In this document: positions 52,670 through 60,654 of the stretch, in pieces
How the letters are laid out: the number at the start of each line of letters is the position of its first letter
How positions within the stretch are numbered: position 1 is the stretch's first letter
From: Endomicrobiales bacterium
GTDB lineage: Bacteria; Elusimicrobiota; Endomicrobiia; Endomicrobiales; JAFGGC01
DNA: 64,000 nt
NCBI GenBank assembly: GCA_016930715.1
Contig: JAFGGC010000012.1
Span: 8,454-72,453 of the forward strand
Direction of reading: 5' to 3'
The notes under the pieces: generated by a model
What the model saw: only the letters and a program-made list of their open reading frames with translations
What the model was told of the DNA's origin: nothing
Database searches by the model: none
Position numbers and translations under genes: made by a program

Positions 52670-53680
52670 TCATTTGCCCCTGAAAACGGTCAATAGTATC
52701 GAACAGGTCGAAAGTATCAGCGTGAAGACATACATTAACAACACCACTTCCCTGTGCGACCACCCGAATTTCAACAATCTGTGATGTATGTGGTTCTTGT
52801 CCGGCTCCATAAGCCCCATCCCTTGGCGCATACGCCTGAAAATGGAAAGAGCGACGTCAAGTATGGGGAGCGCCACCACTGTTATCGGTATGAAAAGGGC
52901 CAGCACCGCCGAGCTCTTAAGCGTGCCTATCGTGCTGATGGAAGCCAGCATGAAACCCAGGAAAAGCGCGCCAGAATCCCCCATGAACACGCGCGCCGGG
53001 TTGAAGTTGTAGAGAAGAAATCCAAGACACGCGCCGCACAGGGCGGCGGCAAGCACGGCTGAAAGCACGAATTGTTTTGAAAGAAGCACCATTTTTGTGT
53101 CGCCCTGCAGAAGAGCGACCACGAAAAACGTCGCGGAGGCTATCGCAACTATCCCAGCCGCGAGGCCGTCGAGCCCATCGGCGAGGTTTATGGTGTTCAT
53201 GAAACCTATTATCCAGAAAACAGTTATTATCTGGCCCACTATTATCGGAAAAGTTATAAACCCTTCAAAAAACGGCAGGGCGAGCCCCGATATCCTTACC
53301 CCGTAGTCCATCGCGATGAACGCCGCTATAATCTGAACGCAAAGCTTCACCGGAGCGGCGACCGGTTTTCTGTCGTCAAAAAGACCGAGCACGAACACGA
53401 GCGCGCCTCCGAAAGCGATGCCGGTCAGAAGCTTTGCCAAAGCGCCCGATTTATAGGCAAGGAAAGATTTGAAAGATGGGTACACAAACGAAAGAAAAAG
53501 TAGCGAAACCAGAACACCCGCAAAAATCCCCATACCGCCCCAGCGCGGAAGCGGCTGGCGGTGGACCTTGCGCGCCCTGGGGTAATCAAGCACGTCGAAT
53601 TTTTTGGCGACGAGTATGGAAACCGGCGTGAAAACCGCGGTAGCGATAAAGGCGAGCAAAAAGGCAAGAAAAAAGGTCAT
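52670..53680 (-). CDS. Polyprenyl-phosphate N-acetylhexosamine-1-phosphate transferase (MraY/WecA family, GT4)
   Basis: 336 aa, about 10 TM helices. …NLADGLDGLA… and …FMGDSGALFLG… motifs. Confidence 0.9.
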   Translation of the reverse strand: MTFFLAFLLAFIATAVFTPVSILVAKKFDVLDYPRARKVHRQPLPRWGGMGIFAGVLVSLLFLSFVYPSFKSFLAYKSGALAKLLTGIAFGGALVFVLGLFDDRKPVAAPVKLCVQIIAAFIAMDYGVRISGLALPFFEGFITFPIIVGQIITVFWIIGFMNTINLADGLDGLAAGIVAIASATFFVVALLQGDTKMVLLSKQFVLSAVLAAALCGACLGFLLYNFNPARVFMGDSGALFLGFMLASISTIGTLKSSAVLALFIPITVVALPILDVALSIFRRMRQGMGLMEPDKNHIHHRLLKFGWSHREVVLLMYVFTLILSTCSILLTVFRGK

Positions 53681-53756
53681 TGCCTTTTAATTAAACATTT
53701 TTTGACGATAAAAAGCAAGAAATCGAAGGCAGGTGGTAGGCGGTACTCTTTTCGAT

Positions 53757-54179
53757 TTATGCGCGTTTCCTGCGACTGGCGCTCTCGCGCTCCTTGTCAA
53801 GGTATTCTTTTTTTCTGAAAAATGCGCTGTCGAGCATCCTGAACATTTTTTCGCCCGCTACACCTCTTACCTTTTCTTTGAACGCGTTAGTCCTTGCGAA
53901 CAGTTCGTTCATCCTCCCGCACGGGTAGGTGTCGCATTGGCCGCAGTTGTCAAGCTTTCTTAAAGTGGCGCACATCTTTAAGGCGGGATGGGCGCAGTCC
54001 TTGTTCGCGCGGCATCCGCCGCATTTGAGCGCCTCTATCTCCGTATCGGGCGGCCTGTGGCCTACCTTGACATATAGGTCGCGAACCGACTTCAACAACG
54101 ACGTGTCACCGAGGGCGGTGGCGATGTATCTCGGGCAAGCCGAGCAATTGTCCCCGCAATAGCCTAATTCAGTTGTCAT
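53757..54179 (-). CDS. DUF3795 domain Cys-rich protein
   Basis: MTTELGYCGDNCSACPRY… is a typical DUF3795 start. Confidence 0.7.
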   Translation of the reverse strand: MTTELGYCGDNCSACPRYIATALGDTSLLKSVRDLYVKVGHRPPDTEIEALKCGGCRANKDCAHPALKMCATLRKLDNCGQCDTYPCGRMNELFARTNAFKEKVRGVAGEKMFRMLDSAFFRKKEYLDKERESASRRKRA

Positions 54180-54365
54180 AACATCACCTTTTTCAGGTAA
54201 ATGTCCTTAATTGAACTGCCAGGGAGTATGAACATTTAATCGAATGGCGAGCGAAGTCCTTTGATGCTGCTCGGGACAGCGAGCAAAGTCGAACTGCCGA
54301 AACACACCCCAGTGCGGTGGTCATCTGACTGCCTCTGCTTCTTTCTACGCGCTATTTGTTCGTTA

Positions 54366-54527
54366 CTATCTATAAAAAAACTGCAACATTTTATACACTA
54401 TCATAGCCGGCCACACCAGGGCCTTGATTATGCCAAGCACGCCCATCCAGAACGTCGCCGCCTGCTTGATGTAGAAAACCACCGCCCCCAAGAATCCCAG
54501 AAAATAAATACCAGCCCTGTCTTTCAT
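54366..54527 (-). CDS. 53-aa two-TM membrane protein (below ORF-track size cut-off)
   Basis: Own translation: MKDRAGIYFLGFLGAVVFYIKQAATFWMGVLGIIKALVWPAMIVYKMLQFFYR. AAAGGAG lies 7 nt upstream of the ATG. Confidence 0.5.
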   Translation of the reverse strand: MKDRAGIYFLGFLGAVVFYIKQAATFWMGVLGIIKALVWPAMIVYKMLQFFYR

Positions 54528-54645
54528 AAAGTCTCCTTTTTTCATTGTCTACCTCTTGTTTTTAGAAATTCCCGGGGGTTCCTAATGCAAATTCGCGGAT
54601 CATCCTAAAGCGGTCCCGGCCTTTTGAAAACTCTTCGGCCTGATG

Positions 54646-54852
54646 TCATATTCTTCCTTGGACCATCATTTGACCGTTTGGCATCATGTCGTCGGGCGGC
54701 GGCGCCCCGTTTTTCTCCCGGAAGATTTTTCTTTGGCATTCGTTCATTTTTTCGCCTTTGCAGTATTTGTTGATAAACCCCCTGCAGGCGACATCATGAA
54801 GCTCGCCGTACTTCTTGAAGAACCCGCATGTTCCAAGCAGTTCGCACTCCAT
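54646..54852 (-). CDS. Cys-containing 68-aa protein, unknown function
   Basis: MECELLGTCGFFKKYGELHDVACRGFINKYCKGEKMNECQRKIF…. No family recognised. Confidence 0.5.
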   Translation of the reverse strand: MECELLGTCGFFKKYGELHDVACRGFINKYCKGEKMNECQRKIFREKNGAPPPDDMMPNGQMMVQGRI

Positions 54853-55029
54853 TTTCCCTCCCCTTGTAATCAGGCTTCCGCGCGGTTATAACAAACCGCG
54901 TCATGCAAAACTTTTTTTGAATGCAACTTGCTTTTCAACTCTTGCGCTGTTTTAGATTGTACTAGTTAAATGCCTTTTTTGCAAGACACTCCCTTTACAA
55001 ACGCCCACACGCAACACCGCCGCGTTATC

Positions 55030-55058
55030 TTGTTTTTGATGTCGCAATTTTATAGAAT
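55030..55058 (+). promoter_or_regulatory. Sigma70 promoter positioned for a leaderless aconitase mRNA
   Basis: TTGTTT (55030-35), 17 nt, TAGAAT (55053-58), then 6 nt to the ATG at 55065. No SD. Confidence 0.5.
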
Positions 55059-55064
55059 AGCTCC

Positions 55065-57005
55065 ATGAATTTATCAAGAAAAATCATCTCAAAACACCTG
55101 GTTACTGGCTCGATGAAAAAAGGCGAAGAAACGGGCTTGAAAATCGACCAGACGCTCACGCAGGACGCCACCGGCACCATGGCATACCTGCAGTTCGAGG
55201 CCATGGGCGTTCCGAAAGTAAGAACGAAGCTTTCGGTAAGCTATGTCGACCACAATACCCTCCAGACGGGCTTCGAGAACGCTGACGACCACAGGTTTTT
55301 GCAGTCAATAGCCGCAAAATACGGCATATGGTTCTCCCCTGCCGGTAACGGCATATGCCACCAGCTCCATCTTGAGCGCTTCGGCGTCCCGGGGCAGACG
55401 CTCATCGGTTCGGACTCCCACACGCCTACCGGCGGCGGCATAGGAATGCTTGCCTTTGGGGCGGGCGGGCTTGACGCGGCCTGCGCGATGGCGGGCGAAC
55501 CGTTCTTTATAACGATGCCTAAAATAGTGAAGGTCAACCTTCTCGGCAGGCTGACGCCCTGGGTGAGCGCCAAAGACGTGATACTCGAGCTCCTGCGGAT
55601 GCTTTCGGTCAAAGGCGGCCGCGGAAAGATCTTCGAGTTCTCCGGACCGGGCGTCAAGACTCTTTCGGTTCCCGAGCGCGCCACGATAACCAACATGGGC
55701 ACGGAGCTCGGTGCGACCACATCCATATTCCCGTCAGATGAAGTAACGAAAGGCTTCCTTGCCTCGCAGGGACGAATAAAGGACTTCGCGAAGCTTGCCG
55801 CGGACGGCGCAGACGACTACGACGAGGAGATAGTGATAGACCTCTCATCCTTGCCCCCCCTCATCGCAAAGCCGCACAGCCCGGACAACGTTTCCAGGGT
55901 TTCCGAACTTAAAAACACAAAGGTCCAGCAGGTGGCTATCGGTTCCTGCACGAATTCATCGCTTGCGGACATGATGTTAATTGCCAAAATCTTGAAAGGC
56001 AGGAAGGTAAACAGGAACGTCAGCCTCGTTATCTCCCCGGGTTCCCGGCAGGTGATGACAATGCTTGCCGCGAGCAGCGCCCTTTCCGACATGATAAACG
56101 CCGGCGCCAGGGTACTTGAGTGCGCCTGCGGGCCCTGCATAGGGATGGGGCAGGCGCCGCCAAGCGGGGCCGTCTCTTTAAGGACGTTCAACAGGAATTT
56201 CGAAGGAAGAAGCGGCACGAAGGACGCCGACGTCTATCTTTGCTCCCCGGAAGTCGCCGTCGCGGGCGCGCTGGCGGGCGAGATAGTGGACCCCTCGAAA
56301 TACTTCGGCAAGAAACCGGCCGTCGCGGTACCCAAGAAACTCGCGGTGGACAAGAACATGTTCTTTCCGCCTTCAAAGACCCCGTCAAAAACCGTGGTAA
56401 TAAGGGGTCCGAACATAAAACCTCTTCCCGAGTTCAGCCCCCTCGGAAACAACATCAGGGCGGCGGTCGTCATTAAGCTCGGCGACAATATATCGACCGA
56501 CCACATACTGCCCGCCGGGGCAAAAATACTGCCGCTACGCTCCAATCTTCCCGCGATATCTGAACACACGTTCGGCGCTGTTGACAGGAATTTCGTTAAA
56601 AGGACGAAGGAAGCGGGCTCGGGAGCGATCATCGCGGCCGATAACTACGGACAGGGCTCCTCAAGGGAGCACGCGGCGCTGGCCCCCAGATATCTGGGGA
56701 TAAAAACCGTAATAGCGAAATCGTTCGCGAGGATACACCTTGCGAACCTGATAAATTTCGGGATACTGCCCCTCGCTTTCAAGAATCCCGCTGACTACGA
56801 CGCCCTGAATCTTTCGGACATAATCAACATACCGGATATTCCGGGAAGGTTTTCGGCGGGCGCGACTGAACTCGAGGCAACCGTTCTGGACGCCTCCGGA
56901 GACGTCAAAAAGACGTTTCCTCTTTCCTACGACCTTACCCAAAGACAGAAGGATATACTTCTTGCTGGCGGCCTCCTTAACTTCATAAAATCGGGTAAAA
57001 AGTAG
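55065..57005 (+). CDS. Aconitate hydratase (~645-aa bacterial/archaeal type)
   Basis: IDQTLTQDATG, GSDSHT, GSCTNSS, CGPCIGMG and swivel-domain GQGSSREHAA motifs. Confidence 0.9.
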   Translation: MNLSRKIISKHLVTGSMKKGEETGLKIDQTLTQDATGTMAYLQFEAMGVPKVRTKLSVSYVDHNTLQTGFENADDHRFLQSIAAKYGIWFSPAGNGICHQLHLERFGVPGQTLIGSDSHTPTGGGIGMLAFGAGGLDAACAMAGEPFFITMPKIVKVNLLGRLTPWVSAKDVILELLRMLSVKGGRGKIFEFSGPGVKTLSVPERATITNMGTELGATTSIFPSDEVTKGFLASQGRIKDFAKLAADGADDYDEEIVIDLSSLPPLIAKPHSPDNVSRVSELKNTKVQQVAIGSCTNSSLADMMLIAKILKGRKVNRNVSLVISPGSRQVMTMLAASSALSDMINAGARVLECACGPCIGMGQAPPSGAVSLRTFNRNFEGRSGTKDADVYLCSPEVAVAGALAGEIVDPSKYFGKKPAVAVPKKLAVDKNMFFPPSKTPSKTVVIRGPNIKPLPEFSPLGNNIRAAVVIKLGDNISTDHILPAGAKILPLRSNLPAISEHTFGAVDRNFVKRTKEAGSGAIIAADNYGQGSSREHAALAPRYLGIKTVIAKSFARIHLANLINFGILPLAFKNPADYDALNLSDIINIPDIPGRFSAGATELEATVLDASGDVKKTFPLSYDLTQRQKDILLAGGLLNFIKSGKK

Positions 57006-57066
57006 AAGGCGTATCTGGCATCTAGTATTTCGTATCTAGTTAACAACACGGGCAGTCAAACACAAA

Positions 57067-57375
57067 ATGAAAATAATACTTGTGCTGTCGATAATATTAT
57101 TAACGGCAGGTTGCGCGTCACTGACCGGCGGACGGGATAACTGGATCGGGGCAAGCGAGCAGGAAGTGATAAAGAGCTACGGCGAACCGTCAAAGCGCAT
57201 GTCGGACGGCAAGGACGGGGCGATACTTATGTACCGCAACAGGTTCGCGGATTACAGCCTCTACGACCGCGAAAGGGATCCGGGCGAAGGCTTGCCGGCC
57301 GACAGGATGGAAATGCGCCTGTTCTATCTGGATCCGAACGGCAAGGTTTATTCAGTGGATGACATCACGAAATAA
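57067..57375 (+). CDS. Small lipoprotein, unknown function
   Basis: Lipobox LTAGC. 102 aa. Confidence 0.6.
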   Translation: MKIILVLSIILLTAGCASLTGGRDNWIGASEQEVIKSYGEPSKRMSDGKDGAILMYRNRFADYSLYDRERDPGEGLPADRMEMRLFYLDPNGKVYSVDDITK

Positions 57376-57457
57376 GCTCTCAAATCCGGCACCGAAGGTT
57401 TTCTGAAATTGCAGTTGTCTAATATTGCGTCCGGCGGACTAGAAGGAGTAAAATAAT

Positions 57458-58720
57458 ATGGACTCGAACGAACTCAAAAAAACGATTATAACCCAGGCGG
57501 CGGCGGCAAAGCTCGCCTCGCGGAAGCTTTCACAGCTGAAAACCGACCAGAAAAACAGGATATTGACCTCGATAGCGGACGCCCTTGTCAAGAACAAGGA
57601 CGACATACTGTTCCACAACGGCATAGACATAGACGCGGCAAAAGACGCGGGGCTTTCAGAATCCCTCATAGACCGGCTCACGCTCAACGACAAACGCATA
57701 GCCGAGATGTCCCGGGGATTGAAAGAAGTGGCCGCCCTGCCCGACCCGGTCGGCGAGATAGCGGCGGACTGGACGCCGCCGGCGGGCATACACATACAGA
57801 AGGTCCGTGTCCCGATAGGCGTGATAGGTTTCATATACGAATCTCGGCCGAACGTCACAACGGACGCCGCAGGGCTCTGCCTCAAGGCCGGCAACGCCGT
57901 CGTCCTGCGCGGTGGATCGGAAGCGATAAACTCGAACCACGCGATAGTTAAAGTAATGAACAATGCCGCGCGCGAAGCCGGCCTTCCGGAAGGCGCGGTG
58001 CAGTTCGTCGAAACCACCGACAGGCAGGCCGTGCTCGAGATGATAAAACTCGATTCGCTGATAGATCTCGTGATACCGAGGGGCGGCGAGGAAATGATAA
58101 AGTTCATCCGCGAGCATTCCACCATACCCGTGCTCTCGCACGGAAAAGGGCTGTGCCACGTCTATATAGACGAAAAAGCGGACACGGAAATGGCGGTAAA
58201 AATCGCGATAAACGCCAAGTGCCAGAGGCCGGGCGTGTGCAACGCGATGGAAACCCTTCTCGTACACAAGAATATCGCGGGAAAGATACTGCCGCAGCTC
58301 TGCTCCGCTTACAAGGAGGCCGGCGTGGAGGTCCGCGGCTGCCCGGTAGCGAAAAAGATAGTGCCTCAGATAGTGGACGCCAAGGAAGAAGACTGGTCCA
58401 CCGAATACCTTTCGCTGACTCTTTCGGTGAAAATAGTTGATACGATAGACGAAGCCATTTTCCACATAAACAAATACGGCTCCGGGCTTTCGGAATCGAT
58501 AGTGACCGGAGACAAGAGCGCGGCGGAGAAATTCCTGAACGAGGTGGACGCCGCTGCGGTATTCCACAACGCCTCAACGCGGCTGCACGATGGCGGCGTG
58601 TTCGGGCTGGGCTCAGAGATAGGAATATCCACGCAGAAGCTTCACGCCCGCGGAACGATGGGCCTCAAAGAACTCACCTCGACCAAGTACAAGGTCTACG
58701 GCAGCGGAGAGATCCGGTAA
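57458..58720 (+). CDS. proA: Glutamate-5-semialdehyde dehydrogenase
   Basis: 420 aa. Catalytic Cys block PGVCNAMETLLVH. SD AAGGAG. Confidence 0.95.
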   Translation: MDSNELKKTIITQAAAAKLASRKLSQLKTDQKNRILTSIADALVKNKDDILFHNGIDIDAAKDAGLSESLIDRLTLNDKRIAEMSRGLKEVAALPDPVGEIAADWTPPAGIHIQKVRVPIGVIGFIYESRPNVTTDAAGLCLKAGNAVVLRGGSEAINSNHAIVKVMNNAAREAGLPEGAVQFVETTDRQAVLEMIKLDSLIDLVIPRGGEEMIKFIREHSTIPVLSHGKGLCHVYIDEKADTEMAVKIAINAKCQRPGVCNAMETLLVHKNIAGKILPQLCSAYKEAGVEVRGCPVAKKIVPQIVDAKEEDWSTEYLSLTLSVKIVDTIDEAIFHINKYGSGLSESIVTGDKSAAEKFLNEVDAAAVFHNASTRLHDGGVFGLGSEIGISTQKLHARGTMGLKELTSTKYKVYGSGEIR

Positions 58721-58725
58721 AACCT

Positions 58726-58806
58726 GATTGCACAGATTTCTTACGGAGATTACACAGATTTAAACTGGCCGTATCTGTGCAATCACTTTAAATAATCTGT
58801 GTAATC
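58726..58806. repeat. Composite repeat: two direct plus two inverted copies of 12-mer GATTRCACAGAT at 22-nt phasing
   Basis: gattgcacagat (58726-37), gattacacagat (58748-59), atctgtgcaatc (58773-84), atctgtgtaatc (58795-806). Confidence 0.75.
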
Positions 58807-58817
58807 TTATTTATAAT

Positions 58818-59489
58818 ATGAGCGTTTTTCTGGCCTCATTTATCATAGTGTTCCTCGCCGAAATGGGCGACAAGACACAGCTTTTGGCATTCGGCCTTGC
58901 CGCAAAATACAAGGCAGTGCCGGTTATCGCCGGGATATTTCTCGCGACGCTGGCGCTCAATGCGCTTGCGGTAGGCGCGGGAGCGGCCATCTCGGCAGTT
59001 ATACCGATTAACGTCCTGTCATTATCGGCTTCCTTTGCGTTCATCGGCTTCGGTCTATGGGCACTGAAAGACGAAAAGGAAGGAAACAAAAAAGGAACAC
59101 CTTCAAGGCTCGGGCCTTTGTTCGTCGTTTTCGCGGCCTTTCTGATAGCCGAACTCGGAGATAAAACACAGCTCGCGGTTTTGAGCCTGGCCGTCAAATA
59201 CCAGGAATTCGGCGCGGTCCTTGCCGGAAGCGTATCAGGAATGTTTCTGGGCGATTCGCTGGGATTCACTGCGGGGCTTTTGCTGCACAGGCGCCTGCCG
59301 AGAGAAAAACTGAAATTCGTTTCGGCGGCAGCGTTCGTGCTGTTCGGATTGCTCGGGCTTTTCTCTTATTTAAGAAACATCCGCGGGACGGGCTTCTCCA
59401 TTGCGGCGTCGGCAGCCGTGCTGGTCTTGACAATTATTTTGGCCGTAATTATAATAAAAAAGGAGAGCGCTAGGCGGCAATCAACCTAA
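58818..59489 (+). CDS. GDT1/TMEM165 (UPF0016) family cation transporter
   Basis: Two E-x-G-D-K-T motifs (AEMGDKTQ, AELGDKTQ). 6 TM helices. Confidence 0.85.
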   Translation: MSVFLASFIIVFLAEMGDKTQLLAFGLAAKYKAVPVIAGIFLATLALNALAVGAGAAISAVIPINVLSLSASFAFIGFGLWALKDEKEGNKKGTPSRLGPLFVVFAAFLIAELGDKTQLAVLSLAVKYQEFGAVLAGSVSGMFLGDSLGFTAGLLLHRRLPREKLKFVSAAAFVLFGLLGLFSYLRNIRGTGFSIAASAAVLVLTIILAVIIIKKESARRQST

Positions 59490-59550
59490 ATTGCCGTTAA
59501 AACCTGAAAAATAAAACATCAAATAGAAATTGGATATCAGGAGGTGCCAA

Positions 59551-60546
59551 ATGGCGCACGGCAGAGACATTAAAGAGATCAACGAGAAAGTAAAGCAGGA
59601 AAGCGTGTTCGTGGCTCAGTTAAACAGCGAAATCGGCAACGTGATAGTGGGCCAAAACTACATAATCGAACGGATGCTCGTGGGGCTTCTCGCGGACGGG
59701 CACATTCTGCTCGAAGGCGTGCCTGGACTCGCGAAGACGCTGGCCGTAAAATCGCTTTCAGCCGCGATAAGGACTAAATTCCAGAGGATACAGTTCACCC
59801 CGGACCTGCTTCCCGCGGACCTGACGGGAACTCTTGTATACAACCCCAAGGACTCTACTTTCGCGGCTAAAAAGGGCCCGATATTCACGAACCTCGTTCT
59901 TGCCGACGAAATAAACAGGGCGCCCGCAAAAGTCCAGAGCGCGCTGCTCGAGGCAATGCAGGAAAAGCAGGTCACGATAGGCGACACCACGTATCCCCTG
60001 CCCGAGCCGTTCCTGGTGCTCGCCACCCAGAACCCGATAGAACAGGAAGGCACATACCCCCTGCCCGAAGCGCAGGTCGACAGGTTCATGCTGAAACTTA
60101 AAATCACCTATCCCAGCAAACAGGAAGAAAAACAGATACTAGAGCGAATGACCGCGGGCGATGAAATAAAGATAAGGCCCGTTATATCCCCGGACGAAAT
60201 CAAAAAGGTGCGAAGCACCGTGCGCGAGATATATGTCGACGAAAAGGTCAAGAACTACGTCGTAGATATAGTCTTTGCCACGAGAAAACCCGAAGATTAC
60301 AATTTGAAGGACCTCAAAGCGCTCATATCCTACGGCGCGTCGCCCAGGGCCACAATAAACCTTACGCTTGCCGCCAAGGCATACGCATTTCTACAGGGCC
60401 GCGGCTACGTTACCCCTGAAGACATAAAGACGATAGGCCCGGACGTGCTCAGGCACAGGATAATAGTGTCGTACGAAGCCGAAGCGGAAGAAATGACGTC
60501 CGAAGATATAATAAAACAGATATTCGACGGAGTGGAAGTACCTTGA
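59551..60546 (+). CDS. moxR: MoxR family AAA+ ATPase
   Basis: Walker A GVPGLAKT, Walker B LLADEINR, ATQNPIEQEGTYPLPEAQ. ATG at 59551 follows GGAGGTG. Confidence 0.9.
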   Translation: MAHGRDIKEINEKVKQESVFVAQLNSEIGNVIVGQNYIIERMLVGLLADGHILLEGVPGLAKTLAVKSLSAAIRTKFQRIQFTPDLLPADLTGTLVYNPKDSTFAAKKGPIFTNLVLADEINRAPAKVQSALLEAMQEKQVTIGDTTYPLPEPFLVLATQNPIEQEGTYPLPEAQVDRFMLKLKITYPSKQEEKQILERMTAGDEIKIRPVISPDEIKKVRSTVREIYVDEKVKNYVVDIVFATRKPEDYNLKDLKALISYGASPRATINLTLAAKAYAFLQGRGYVTPEDIKTIGPDVLRHRIIVSYEAEAEEMTSEDIIKQIFDGVEVP

Positions 60547-60565
60547 GCGACAATATCGAAGATCC

Positions 60566-60644
60566 AATTTCGAATTTCGAGAAAAAACAGAAGTTTTAAA
60601 GCGTGGCATTTTCGGGTTTATTTCGAAATTCGGTATTCGAAATT
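60566..60644. repeat. Intergenic imperfect palindrome built from AATTTCGA words
   Basis: AATTTCGAATTTCGA (60566-80) versus TTTCGAAATTCGgtaTTCGAAATT (60621-44). The same word forms a 12-nt perfect palindrome at 3159-3170. Confidence 0.6.
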
Positions 60645-60654
60645 GATTTAAATT

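Noticed and set aside
54261-54608. 115-aa plus-strand ORF in the gap between the DUF3795 gene and the small-protein genes.
   Set aside because: It has no SD and an odd composition. It overlaps the better-supported 53-aa membrane ORF on the opposite strand, which has a good SD and a clear two-TM pattern.
57439-58632. Several long minus-strand ORFs (228, 303, 157 and 88 aa) antisense to proA.
   Set aside because: proA on the plus strand is complete with catalytic motifs. The antisense ORFs are Arg/Pro-rich shadows without motifs. The same reasoning applies to the antisense ORFs at 8404-9063, 12971-13903, 15348-16679, 17740-18303, 36063-37193, 38194-39440, 39819-40334 and 44927-45655.
58721-58817. 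Possible yybP-ykoY (Mn2+) riboswitch upstream of the GDT1/UPF0016 transporter, a gene family often controlled by that riboswitch.
   Set aside because: The region lacks the conserved features I remember for the class: the GGGGAGUAG-type L1 sequence and the four-helix layout. It consists instead of four copies of a 12-mer that also occurs at 35706-35787 in an unrelated context. A cmscan would settle it.
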